Assembly: GCA_946536955.1 (NCBI GenBank)
Contig: CAMNFJ010000001.1
Coordinates: 1 to 49,418, forward strand
DNA from: an uncultured Lachnospiraceae bacterium
Lineage (GTDB): Bacteria; Bacillota; Clostridia; Lachnospirales; Lachnospiraceae
Direction of reading: 5' to 3'
DNA length: 49,418 nt
The notes under the pieces were generated by a model that saw only the letters and a program-made list of their open reading frames with translations, ran no database searches and was not told the DNA's origin. A program made the position numbers and the translations under genes. Of the stretch, positions 1 to 9,422 are shown one piece after another (positions within the stretch are counted from its first letter, which is position 1; each line of letters opens with the position of its first letter).

Positions 1-100
1 GCCGGCCGCGTGCACGGCTGAGCGAAGAAGCCTGTGGATCAGCCTGTGAGGAAGGCCTGCGGGATCAGGCTCTGTCTCCCTGTTGGAAAGGAGGAGAAAA

Positions 101-895
101 ATGAGGACAGCATTAACGATCGCCGGAAGTGATTCCAGCGGAGGCGCCGGCATCCAGGCAGATATCAAGACAATGACCGCGAACGGCGTCTATGCCATGA
201 GCGCGATCACTGCCCTGACTGCGCAGAATACGACCGGCGTCACGGATATTATGGAAGTTACACCTGATTTCCTGAAGGAACAGCTGGATTGTATTTTTAC
301 GGATATCCGGCCTGATGCAGTGAAGACGGGGATGGTCTCATCCTCCGCCCTCATAGAAGTGATCGCGGAAAGGCTCCGCTTTTACGGGGCCGGGAATATC
401 GTCGTCGATCCCGTCATGGTTTCCACCAGCGGGTCGAGGCTGATCAGTGAAGACGCGATCGGGACACTGAAAAAAGAACTGCTGCCTCTTGCATCGGTGA
501 TCACCCCCAATATCCCGGAAGCGGAAGTGCTGTCCGGGCGGGAGATCCACACCAGAGAGGATATGGAAGCTGTGGCCAGGCAGATCTATGAGGCTTTCGG
601 CTGCGCGGTGCTCTGCAAGGGAGGGCACAGGGTCAACGACGCCAATGATCTCCTCTACGATGGGAAAGAGCTGACCTGGTTCTACGGGAAGAGGATCGAC
701 AATCCCAATACCCACGGGACCGGCTGCACGCTCTCGAGCGCCATCGCCTCGGGCCTGGCCAAGGGCTATGATATGCAGGCCGCCGTCCGGAGCGCCAAGA
801 ATTATATTTCCGGCGCGCTCGCGGCCATGCTGGACCTGGGAAAGGGGAGCGGCCCCATGAACCACGCCTTTGCCATCGGCGGCGACTTCCTCTGA
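101..895 (+). CDS. thiD: Bifunctional hydroxymethylpyrimidine kinase/phosphomethylpyrimidine kinase
   Basis: ALTIAGSDSSGGAGIQADIKT, VVDPVMVSTSG, ITPNIPEAE, NTHGTGCTLSSAIA motifs; ATG at 101 after GGAGGAG RBS. Confidence 0.97.
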   Translation: MRTALTIAGSDSSGGAGIQADIKTMTANGVYAMSAITALTAQNTTGVTDIMEVTPDFLKEQLDCIFTDIRPDAVKTGMVSSSALIEVIAERLRFYGAGNIVVDPVMVSTSGSRLISEDAIGTLKKELLPLASVITPNIPEAEVLSGREIHTREDMEAVARQIYEAFGCAVLCKGGHRVNDANDLLYDGKELTWFYGKRIDNPNTHGTGCTLSSAIASGLAKGYDMQAAVRSAKNYISGALAAMLDLGKGSGPMNHAFAIGGDFL

Positions 896-1086
896 GCGGC
901 CGCGGACAAGCGGCACAGGACGCGCCCTGCTTTTGCAGGCTGCCAACTCTTTGGAAGCTGCCGCGGGCATATCCCGCATTTTTTGCAAGAGGCATCTCTG
1001 ATCCGTCTCGGATTCCTGCAGATCCGGTGCGCTTTTCGTACCGTCTGCGGGGATGATGACGGCGGACAAGGAAAGGAGATGCGAAC

Positions 1087-1605
1087 ATGAAAGATCAATC
1101 CGTAAATATCAAAAAAATGGCGCTCACGGGCATTTTTGCCGCCGTGGCTGTCGTCGGCTCCACGTTTTCCTTCCCGGTCTTCGGGTCCAAGTGCGCGCCG
1201 GTTCAGCACCTGGTCAATGTCCTCTGCGCCGTGTTTCTGGGGCCCGCCTGGGGAGTGGCGGCCGCCTTTATCGCCAGCCTGATCCGCAACATGACAGGCC
1301 TGGGGACCCTGCTGGCCTTTCCGGGCAGCATGTGCGGCGCCCTGCTGGCCGGCCTTCTCTACCGGAGCTTTAAGACTCTGCCTGCGGCCTGGCTGGGAGA
1401 GGTGTTCGGCACGGCCGTGATCGGCGGCCTGCTGGCCTATCCGGTCGCGGCCCTGGTCATGGGCAACCCCAATGCCGCCCTCTTCACCTTTGTCATGCCC
1501 TTTTTTATCAGCACGGCGGGCGGCACCCTGATCGCGGCGGTCATCACTCTGGCCCTGCAGAGCCGGGGAGTCATCGGCAGGCTCCGTGAGCAGATTGAGC
1601 AATAA
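1087..1605 (+). CDS. thiW: ECF transporter S component ThiW (thiazole/thiamine precursor uptake)
   Basis: Hydrophobic 172 aa with PVQHLVNVL, GTLLAFPGSMCGALLAG, GEVFGTAVIG motifs; AAGGAG RBS; thi context. Confidence 0.9.
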   Translation: MKDQSVNIKKMALTGIFAAVAVVGSTFSFPVFGSKCAPVQHLVNVLCAVFLGPAWGVAAAFIASLIRNMTGLGTLLAFPGSMCGALLAGLLYRSFKTLPAAWLGEVFGTAVIGGLLAYPVAALVMGNPNAALFTFVMPFFISTAGGTLIAAVITLALQSRGVIGRLREQIEQ

Positions 1606-1725
1606 TTGAAGCCCCTTCCCGCGGCCGGGGGAGGCAATGGAGAAAGCACCTGCGGAGCATGTGCTGCCTCCGCGCATTTCTACCCGGGCATTTTAGCGCA
1701 GGGCGCTTCGACATGAGAGGTAAAT

Positions 1726-3393
1726 ATGAACCTGAAACTGGAAAGTCTTCTGTTATATGCGGTCACGGACAGGACCTGGCTGGGCGGGCAGACCCTGGCG
1801 CAGCAGGTGGAGGCCGCGCTCAGGGGCGGCGTCACCATGGTGCAGCTCCGGGAGAAGGACCTGCGGGGAGAGGAGCTTGAGCAGGAGGCCGGGGAGATCC
1901 TGGCCCTGTGCCGCCGCTACGGTGTGCCGTTTCTGATCAACGATGATGTGGAACTGGCGGCAAGGATCGGGGCGGACGGGGTCCATGTGGGACAGGACGA
2001 CATGGCGGCCGCGGAGGCCCGTGCCCTGCTGGGACCGGACGCCATCGTAGGCGTCACGGCCAGAACGGTGGACCAGGCCCTGGCGGCAGAGGCCGCGGGC
2101 GCCGATTATCTGGGCAGCGGGGCTGTCTTCGGCACGTCCACCAAAAAGGACGCCAAAGCCATGGATCCCGCATATTTTCAGAAGATCTGTGAGAGCGTTT
2201 CCATACCGGTCGTCGCGATCGGCGGGATCACGGCCGGTAATATCCGCCGGCTGGAGGGCAGGAAGATGAGCGGCTTCGCCATCGTCAGCGGCATCTTTGC
2301 GGCAGAGGATATCGAGGCCAAGACCCGTCAGCTGTGGAAGGAGGCGCAGGCCCTGTGTCTGCCGGGCGCCGTGGACAGGCTGCGGGCGGCGGTCCTGGAG
2401 AGGCGGCCTGTCGTCCAGTGCATCACCAATATCGTCACGGTCAATGACTGCGCCAATGCCCTGCTGGCAGCCGGCGCCTCGCCTACCATGGCCCACCATC
2501 CCGAAGAGATGGAGGATTTCGCGCAGACGACCGATGCCCTGGTATGCAATATGGGCGCGACAGAGTCCCTGGAGGCCATGCTGCGGGCGGGAGAGGCGTC
2601 TTTGAACGCAGCCAGAACAGTACGGGCGGCAAAAGCAGCTGAAGCGGCAAAAGCAGCTGCAGCAGCAAAAGCAGCTACAGCATCAAAAACCGCAAATGCA
2701 GCTGCAGCAGCAAAAGCAGCTGAAGCAGCTTCTGCAGCTGTGGAAGCTTTTATGGACGGGGCGGACCTGACGAAGATCCGGCAGTGGCTCCGGCCCGCTG
2801 TCATCGATCCCGTCGGCTGCGCGGCCTCGGCCTTCCGCCGCGAAAAATGCCTGGACCTGATCAGCCGGATCCATCCGGCCTGCATCCGGGGGAACGCGGC
2901 GGAGATCAGTGCTCTGGCGACCGGCCACAATACAGGCCGGGGCGTGGATGTGCTGAAGGCTGTTTTAGAGGAATGGATCGGGGACAAGCCTGCCGGGGAG
3001 AACAGTCCGGCCGGTCCCGGGCCTGATCCGGACCTGCCGGAGGCAGTCCGGGATGCCGTCGCTCTGTCCCGGAAGACCGGAGCCATCGTCGTGGCCTCCG
3101 GGGAGACCGACTACATCACCGACGGGATCCGTGTCTATGAGGCACACGGCGGCACGCCCTGGATGACCAGGGTCACGGGAACGGGCTGCATGCTCAGCTC
3201 TCTGCTCGGAGCCTTTCTGGCTGTGGAGAATTCCGCCCTGGCGGCCGCGGCCTGCTGCGGGATGATGAATGCCTGCGCGGAAGAGGCGGCTCTTCGCACT
3301 GCCGGGGAAGGCGGCGGGACGGGAACCTTCCGCGTCCGCCTGATCGATGCCATGTCGGGAACTGTTACAGTTCACGCCCTATCGAGGGCGTGA
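1726..3393 (+). CDS. thiE: Fused thiamine-phosphate synthase (ThiE, N-terminal) and hydroxyethylthiazole kinase (ThiM, C-terminal) with Ala-rich insertion
   Basis: ThiE motifs LYAVTDR, VQLREK, LINDD, GVHVGQDD, VAIGGI; then ThiM motifs PVVQCITNIVTVNDCANALLAAGASPTMA, IDPVG, IRGNAAEI, VTGTGCMLS in one ORF. Confidence 0.92.
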   Translation: MNLKLESLLLYAVTDRTWLGGQTLAQQVEAALRGGVTMVQLREKDLRGEELEQEAGEILALCRRYGVPFLINDDVELAARIGADGVHVGQDDMAAAEARALLGPDAIVGVTARTVDQALAAEAAGADYLGSGAVFGTSTKKDAKAMDPAYFQKICESVSIPVVAIGGITAGNIRRLEGRKMSGFAIVSGIFAAEDIEAKTRQLWKEAQALCLPGAVDRLRAAVLERRPVVQCITNIVTVNDCANALLAAGASPTMAHHPEEMEDFAQTTDALVCNMGATESLEAMLRAGEASLNAARTVRAAKAAEAAKAAAAAKAATASKTANAAAAAKAAEAASAAVEAFMDGADLTKIRQWLRPAVIDPVGCAASAFRREKCLDLISRIHPACIRGNAAEISALATGHNTGRGVDVLKAVLEEWIGDKPAGENSPAGPGPDPDLPEAVRDAVALSRKTGAIVVASGETDYITDGIRVYEAHGGTPWMTRVTGTGCMLSSLLGAFLAVENSALAAAACCGMMNACAEEAALRTAGEGGGTGTFRVRLIDAMSGTVTVHALSRA

Positions 3394-3516
3394 ACTTGTA
3401 ACGTTGCGTTTGGCGATTCCAATGCGCTGCGCGCGCGCCAAACGCCGTTTAACTCGGGTTTTGCGCAAAGAGCGCGCGCCAAACGCCTCGCGTTTCAGGT
3501 GGGCCTGAACAGTAAC
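3364..3516. repeat. Palindromic dispersed repeat, GTTAC(A/T)GTTCA...TGAACAGTAAC family, overlapping the thiE-thiM stop
   Basis: Terminal inverted repeats GTTACAGTTCA (3364-3374) and TGAACAGTAAC (3506-3516); internal hairpin TTCACGCCC-TATCGA-GGGCGTGAA; related reverse-complement copy at 12753-12819. Confidence 0.75.
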
Positions 3517-3562
3517 GATCCTTCCGCTGACCTGGAGTACATTGCGTTTTCGCGTGAATGAT

Positions 3563-3591
3563 TATACAAAAGACTGTCCACATGTTATAAT
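3563..3591 (+). promoter_or_regulatory. Sigma-A-type promoter for the gene at 3640
   Basis: TATACA-17 bp-TATAAT with extended -10 TG. Confidence 0.6.
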
Positions 3592-3639
3592 ACTCAACAC
3601 GGTGATGAAGCCGGAAAGATTTATACAGGAGGTATTATA

Positions 3640-4038
3640 ATGAGCAAAGTGAATGATTTCCTGACAGAAGCAGGTGTGTTTTTCCTTGCGACCGCTGACG
3701 GCGACCAGCCCAAGGTCCGCCCGCTCGGCTTCCACATGGAGATGGAGGGCAAGGTCTATTTCGGCGTCGGTGAAAACAAGGATGTTTATAAACAGCTTGT
3801 CGCGAACCCCAGGACCGAGATCGTTGCGGCCAAGCCTGACGGCCACTGGCTCCGCTACACGGGGAAGGCCGTGTTCGAGACCGATGCGAAATATGAGGCG
3901 GCGGCTCTGGAGGCCATGCCTTCTCTCAAGGATATCTACAACGAGAAGACAGGCCTGCATATGAAGGTCTTTTCCATCGCGGACGCGACTGCCGTGGACA
4001 TCCCCATGATGGGCCCCGGCGAGGACCTGCTGGCCTGA
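3640..4038 (+). CDS. Pyridoxamine 5'-phosphate oxidase-like FMN-binding split-barrel protein
   Basis: FFLATADGDQPKVRP, K-x-VYKQL-x-x-NP pattern, 132 aa; AGGAGG RBS. Confidence 0.8.
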   Translation: MSKVNDFLTEAGVFFLATADGDQPKVRPLGFHMEMEGKVYFGVGENKDVYKQLVANPRTEIVAAKPDGHWLRYTGKAVFETDAKYEAAALEAMPSLKDIYNEKTGLHMKVFSIADATAVDIPMMGPGEDLLA

Positions 4039-4152
4039 TCACAGGTCTGATCCGGTGGAGGACCGGCAGCGGATACAGCCCGGATATGCATCATATACTG
4101 TTGGGATGTATATCGTCTGACTGTATGCCGCTCGTATGTATTTCATTTGTAT

Positions 4153-4360
4153 GATGTAAAGGTCAAAAGGTGGTTAAGTGATCCCCGACTCGTCAAGTTG
4201 CACAAACGCCTTGGGCACGCTCTCGCTCTACCCTCGCTGGCAGCGGTACTAAGGCCGCTAAAAACCAGCGGCCAAGTACCGGCCGCTCGCCAAGGCCCTC
4301 CGGCTGTTTGTGCTACTTGACGAGTCTCAGAGCCGTTACGATACTTTTGATCCTTACATC
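4153..4360. mobile_element. Non-autonomous fold-back MITE-like element, 208 bp, with 8-bp target-site duplication
   Basis: TIRs GATGTAAAGGTCAAAAG (4153-4169) / CTTTTGATCCTTACATC (4344-4360), 15/17 match; inner IR 4187-4207 / 4306-4326, 20/21; direct repeat ATTTGTAT at 4145-4152 and 4361-4368. Confidence 0.75.
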
Positions 4361-4453
4361 ATTTGTATATAGTTTGCATATAGTACAGAAGCAAAACGGA
4401 CTGCCTGCGTCGACCTCGATGCAGGCAGTCTCTTGTAAAAGGCGGAGGCTGAT

Positions 4454-6391
4454 ATGGGTGAGGGCGCAGGGCCTGAGAGACAGAGCAATAAAAATACAGG
4501 ACTTCGTTTTCCGACCAACAGGAGCCTGATCTTCTATTTCCTGCGGGGAAGCTGGAGGTATTTCCTGACAGGGGCGGTCTGCGCCTGTCTGGTGGCCTTT
4601 TTTGACCTGATCATACCGCGGATGATCCAGTATACGGTGGACGCGGTGATCGGAGGAGATACCGGGAGCCTGCCCGGCTGGGCCGCCGGGATCATCGGAC
4701 GGCTGGGGGGCGCCGGATATCTGCGGAGCCACCTGTGGGCGGCAGCCCTGGCTGTGGCGGGCGCGGCGGCCCTGGGAGCAGTCAGCCGCTACTGCTTCCG
4801 GGTCAGCAATGAAAAGGGCGCCGAGACCTTCGTGCGCAGGACCCGGGACCAGCTCTTCCGCCAGATCCTCTCCCTCCCCTATGCCTGGCAGGGGGAGAAC
4901 AGCACCGGGGACACGATCCAGCGCTGCACATCGGACGTCGAGACCATCAAGATCTTTGTCTCCGAGCAGCTCACCTCCCTGCTCAGGGTCTTCATCCTGG
5001 TCTTTATGTCCCTCTATTTTATGGTGACCATCCAGCCCCTGCTGACAGCCGCGGCGGCCTTTTTCATACCGGTTATGATCATCAGCTCCCTGATCTTTTA
5101 CAGGCTGATCGGGGACGAATTCGAGAAGGTAGACAGCGAGGAGGGCCGCCTGTCGGCGATCGCCCAGGAAAATCTGACCGGTGTCCGTGTGGTGCGGACC
5201 TTCGGCCGGGAGAAGTTTGAGCGGGAGCGGTTTGAAAAGCAGAACGAGTTCTATACCAACCACTGGATCCGGCTCATGCGGGTCCTGGCGGCCTTTTGGG
5301 TCTCGGGCAATGTCATCGCCACGGTCAGAAACATGACGGTGGCAGTCCTTGGGGCGGTCCTGTGCGTGCGGGGAAGCCTGACGGCGGGCGGGATGATCGC
5401 CTTTTTGTCCTACAACGCCCTCATGTCCCTGCCGGTCCGCAGCATCGGCCGCGTGATCGCGGACCTGTCCAAGGCGGGGGTCTCCCTGGACCGCCTGCGC
5501 TATATCATGAACGCGGCGCCGGAGGAGCCGGACCTGTTTGAAAAGGACCCGGCTGGCGTGGAGGCGGTCCCCATGGACCGGGACATCGAGTTTTCCCATG
5601 TCAGCTTCCGCTACGGGGACAAGAGCCCCTGGGTCCTGCGGGATATCTCCATGAGGATCCGGGCGGGGTCGACGGTGGGCATCCTGGGCGCGACCGGGTC
5701 TGGCAAGTCCACCCTCATCATGCTGCTGGACCGGCTCTGGGAGCTGGAGGAGGGCTGCGGTTCGATCACGATCGGCGGCAGGGATATCCGCGGGATCGAC
5801 CGCGGCTGGCTCCGCAGGAACATCGGGATCGTCCAGCAGGAGCCCTATCTTTTCTCGAGGACCCTGGCCGAAAATATCGCCATCGCCATGCCCCGGTCCC
5901 TGCCTGACCGGGACTGGGATCCCGGCCAGGAACTGATGGAGGAGGAGCAGGAACTTTTGATGACGGAGGAGGAGCGGATCCGGGAGATCCGCCGGGCCTC
6001 CAGGATCGCCAGCCTGGACGAGGCTGTGGACCGGTTCGCGGACGGCTACGAGACCTTTGTCGGCGAGCGCGGCGTGACCCTGTCGGGCGGCCAGAAGCAG
6101 CGGGCCGCCATCGCCCGCATGCTGGTCCGGCACACGCCGGTCATGGTCTTTGACGACTCCCTCTCGGCCGTGGACGCCGAGACGGACGCCCTGATCCGGC
6201 GCCGGCTCAGGGACCACATCTCGGACGCGACCGTGATCCTGATCGCCCACCGGATCACGACCCTCATGCAGGCGGATGAGATCTTTGTCCTCGACGGCGG
6301 CCGCATCGCCGAGCACGGGACCCATGCGGAGCTTCTGTCTGCCGGCGGGCTCTACAGCAGGGTCTACGCCCTGCAGACCGGGGCGCAGTGA
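4454..6391 (+). CDS. ABC exporter half-transporter (TMD+NBD), MdlA-like subunit
   Basis: TM N-terminal domain, Walker A GATGSGKST, LSGGQKQR signature, degenerate Walker B VMVFDD, IAHR. Confidence 0.93.
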   Translation: MGEGAGPERQSNKNTGLRFPTNRSLIFYFLRGSWRYFLTGAVCACLVAFFDLIIPRMIQYTVDAVIGGDTGSLPGWAAGIIGRLGGAGYLRSHLWAAALAVAGAAALGAVSRYCFRVSNEKGAETFVRRTRDQLFRQILSLPYAWQGENSTGDTIQRCTSDVETIKIFVSEQLTSLLRVFILVFMSLYFMVTIQPLLTAAAAFFIPVMIISSLIFYRLIGDEFEKVDSEEGRLSAIAQENLTGVRVVRTFGREKFERERFEKQNEFYTNHWIRLMRVLAAFWVSGNVIATVRNMTVAVLGAVLCVRGSLTAGGMIAFLSYNALMSLPVRSIGRVIADLSKAGVSLDRLRYIMNAAPEEPDLFEKDPAGVEAVPMDRDIEFSHVSFRYGDKSPWVLRDISMRIRAGSTVGILGATGSGKSTLIMLLDRLWELEEGCGSITIGGRDIRGIDRGWLRRNIGIVQQEPYLFSRTLAENIAIAMPRSLPDRDWDPGQELMEEEQELLMTEEERIREIRRASRIASLDEAVDRFADGYETFVGERGVTLSGGQKQRAAIARMLVRHTPVMVFDDSLSAVDAETDALIRRRLRDHISDATVILIAHRITTLMQADEIFVLDGGRIAEHGTHAELLSAGGLYSRVYALQTGAQ

Positions 6392-6551
6392 CTCCCCGGG
6401 ACGAGGACGGCTCAGCGGGTCTGCTTATAAATACAGCGGAATGCCGCAGGCCCTCGCTCACCGGGGCGGAAGAGCCGGCCTGACTGAAAGAAAAGGAACA
6501 AAAACAGCTCGAAGCCGGAGGCTGTGAACAGCACCGAACAGGAGATTTGGA

Positions 6552-8411
6552 ATGCAGAAAAAAAGTGACAGAAAAGGACCGGCCTTTTTCGGGATCCCGC
6601 TGATCCTTCCCTTTGTGCGCCCTTATATACCGACTATTCTGTGGATGATCTTTCTGGGGATCCTGTCCAGTCTGGCGGATTCGGCCTTCCCGCTCTTCAA
6701 CAGCTGGGCCCTGGACCACTTTGTGGCGGAGCGGACCCTGAAGGGCCTGCCGGTCTTCCTCTTTCTCTACCTCCTGCTCATGGTTTTGCAGGAGCTGGAC
6801 AATTATTACTGCCTCTATCAGTGCGGCCGGGTCGAGGTGTCGATCGACAGGGACCTGCGCAACGCCGCCTTCGCCCACCTGCAGACCCTGTCCTTTTCCT
6901 ATTTCAATCAGAACAGCGTGGGCTATATCCACGCCCGAACCATGAGCGACACGGAGAGAATCGGGGAGCTGCTGGCCTGGCGCATGATGGATGTGGTCTG
7001 GAATGTGTCCTATATCGTCTGGGTGACCGGGGTCATGCTGGCCATCAACGCCAGGCTGGCCCTCTATGTCCTGGTCATGGTCCCCCTGGCCTCTGTCCTG
7101 ATCCTGTATTTTCAGAAAAAGATCGTCCGGGGCAGCCGGCAGGTCCGGGAGATCAATTCCCGGATCACGGGGAACTTCAACGAGGGGATCACCGGGGTCC
7201 GCAGCATCAAGACCCTGCGGATCGAGGATGTGATGGTCCGCGGCTTCGAGGAGGAGACCGAGAACATGCGGCGCACGGCTGTCCGCACGGTCCGCCACAG
7301 CGCGGTCCTGACCTCGTCGATCACCTTCCTGTCTTCGATGGCCCTGGCCCTGGTCCTGTGGCGGGGCGGGGCCCTGACCATGAAGGGCGTCATCCGGATC
7401 GGGACCCTGTCGGCCTTCATGTCCTATGCGGTGGGCATGCTGGAGCCCATCCAGCAGATCATCACCTCCCTGTCGGCCCTGATCTCGATCCAGGTCAATA
7501 TCGAGCGCTTCACGGGCCTTCTGGCCGAGGAGTCGGATGTGAAGGACAGGCCGGAGGTCGTGGAGAAATACGGGGACCATTTCCATGCCAAAAGGGAAAA
7601 CTGGGAGCCTGTCCTGGGAGAAGTGGAGTTCGAGGATGTGTCCTTTATGTACCCGGACGGGAATGAGCTGGTCCTGGACCACTTTAATCTGAAGGTGCCG
7701 CAGGGCACCAATGTGGCCATCGTCGGCGAGACCGGCGCGGGCAAGTCCACCCTGGTCAACCTGGCCTGCCGCTTCTACGAGCCGACCAGGGGCCGGGTCC
7801 TGATCGACGGAAAAGACGCCCGGGACCGGTCCCAGCTCTGGCTCCACAGCAGCATCGGCTATGTCCTGCAGACCCCCTACCTGTTTTCCGGGTCCGTGCG
7901 GGACAACCTCCGCTACAGCCGGCCGGATGCAACCGACGACCAGATCCGGGAGGCCCTTCGCCTGGCTTCGGCGGACTTTGTGGTCAACAGGATGGACAGG
8001 GGCCTGGACAGCGATGTCGGCGAGGGCGGCGGCATGCTCTCCACCGGGGAGAAGCAGCTTCTGTCCATTGCGCGGGCCATCCTGGCCGATCCCCGGATCC
8101 TGGTCCTGGACGAGGCGACCTCCTCGGTGGATACGGTGACGGAGAGGGCCATCCAGAATGCCATCGCCGCCGTGGTCAGGGGCCGGACCTCCTTTGTGAT
8201 CGCCCACAGGCTCTCGACCATCGTCGGGGCGGATGTGATCCTGGCTGTCCGGGACGGAAAAATCGTCGAGCGGGGGACCCATGCAGAGCTGATGGCTCAA
8301 AAGGGCTACTACTATCAGCTCTACAGCAGGCAGTTTGAAAAGGAGCAGCAAAATGCCTGGAAAAATGACGGGACAGGCCGGTCATTCTCCCAGGCATTGG
8401 GAAATGTCTGA
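6552..8411 (+). CDS. ABC exporter half-transporter (TMD+NBD), MdlB-like subunit
   Basis: Walker A GETGAGKST, degenerate signature LSTGEKQ, Walker B LVLDEATS, IAHRLST; pairs with the upstream gene as a heterodimer. Confidence 0.93.
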   Translation: MQKKSDRKGPAFFGIPLILPFVRPYIPTILWMIFLGILSSLADSAFPLFNSWALDHFVAERTLKGLPVFLFLYLLLMVLQELDNYYCLYQCGRVEVSIDRDLRNAAFAHLQTLSFSYFNQNSVGYIHARTMSDTERIGELLAWRMMDVVWNVSYIVWVTGVMLAINARLALYVLVMVPLASVLILYFQKKIVRGSRQVREINSRITGNFNEGITGVRSIKTLRIEDVMVRGFEEETENMRRTAVRTVRHSAVLTSSITFLSSMALALVLWRGGALTMKGVIRIGTLSAFMSYAVGMLEPIQQIITSLSALISIQVNIERFTGLLAEESDVKDRPEVVEKYGDHFHAKRENWEPVLGEVEFEDVSFMYPDGNELVLDHFNLKVPQGTNVAIVGETGAGKSTLVNLACRFYEPTRGRVLIDGKDARDRSQLWLHSSIGYVLQTPYLFSGSVRDNLRYSRPDATDDQIREALRLASADFVVNRMDRGLDSDVGEGGGMLSTGEKQLLSIARAILADPRILVLDEATSSVDTVTERAIQNAIAAVVRGRTSFVIAHRLSTIVGADVILAVRDGKIVERGTHAELMAQKGYYYQLYSRQFEKEQQNAWKNDGTGRSFSQALGNV

Positions 8412-8416
8412 TGATA

Positions 8417-9376
8417 TCACTCCCAGGCGTAGGGCGGCTTCCAGGGGAAGCCGGGCTTATTTTTCTTGTTGCGCCCATGGTAGTCGGAGCCCGCGGTGAG
8501 CAGGAGGACCCGGCCCTCCTCTCTGCGGACCCGGTCCGCCAGGCTCAGGATCTGTCCCGCCACGGCCGGTGTGTTGTGGGGGTGGAGGAGCTCGAAGCCG
8601 TCGACATTGTGCTCCATACAGTAGGCAAAGAAGGCCTGCAGACGGGCCTCCCCCAGCTTGTATTCCCCGGGATGGGCGATGACGGCAATACCGCCTTTCT
8701 TTTTATCGTCATCGCTGCCTTTGTCATTGATGCCAGTACTTTCTTTGTTATTGACGGCATGGATGGCCTCGATGGCATCCCGGACTGTGAGGGCCTTGCG
8801 GCGGACATAGTAGGGGCATTTTTTGCCGATGTAGATGTCCATGGCCTCGTCGATGGATCCGACGACTCCCAGGGCTATGAGGTAGTGGGCGATGTGGACC
8901 CGGTTGTAGTTGCCCGACCCGCTGAATCTTTGGACAAAGCTGTTGAAGCCCTCGACGCTGAGCTGGCTGTTCCCGACGCCGGCTTTCTGCATTTTGCTGA
9001 CCATGGCCTCGTTGGCTCGGATCTTGGACGTCCGGTAATCGTCGATGACCTTGCGGAGAAGTTCAAAGTCCGGGGATTTGAAGTCGGAATCCGGCGGGAA
9101 CCATCCCAGGACATGGATCTCGGGAGGCTCCTCGTCCAGATTGTCCGGATCATGCCAGACCGTGCTCAGCTCGATCCCGTCGATGCAGATCATGTCATTT
9201 TTCCCGCCGCAGTACTTGTCGCGGGCGGCCCGGAATTCATCGATGCCGGCCAGGGTGTTGTGGTCGGTCAGGGCGATCATTTTGAGCCCGGCCTCTTTTG
9301 CCTTTACGACGATCTCCTCCGGCGTGTCCGTTCCGTCCGAAAAGCGGCTGTGCATGTGAAGATCAATATATTCCAT
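8417..9376 (-). CDS. PHP-domain metal-dependent phosphoesterase (TrpH/YciV-like)
   Basis: IDLHMHSRFSDG, ALTDHNT, GIELS, IHVLG, VIAHP, TAGSDYHG; ATG at 9376 after GGGGAGG RBS. Confidence 0.9.
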   Translation of the reverse strand: MEYIDLHMHSRFSDGTDTPEEIVVKAKEAGLKMIALTDHNTLAGIDEFRAARDKYCGGKNDMICIDGIELSTVWHDPDNLDEEPPEIHVLGWFPPDSDFKSPDFELLRKVIDDYRTSKIRANEAMVSKMQKAGVGNSQLSVEGFNSFVQRFSGSGNYNRVHIAHYLIALGVVGSIDEAMDIYIGKKCPYYVRRKALTVRDAIEAIHAVNNKESTGINDKGSDDDKKKGGIAVIAHPGEYKLGEARLQAFFAYCMEHNVDGFELLHPHNTPAVAGQILSLADRVRREEGRVLLLTAGSDYHGRNKKNKPGFPWKPPYAWE

Positions 9377-9422
9377 ACAACCTCCCCCTGATCTGTGTGG
9401 ATGTATTTTGGAATATAGTATA

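Noticed and set aside
1-100. 3' end of an upstream gene (TGA at 18-20)
   Set aside because: Too short to identify
896-1086. TPP riboswitch between thiD and thiW
   Set aside because: No CTGAGA or CTGA..TAAT..CGTAGG core; a riboswitch may lie upstream of the window
4313-8351. Long antisense ORFs (670 and 695 aa; similar ones at 15781-18531, 30250-31977, 44201-46102)
   Set aside because: Shadow ORFs of high-GC coding strands, with no motifs or RBS
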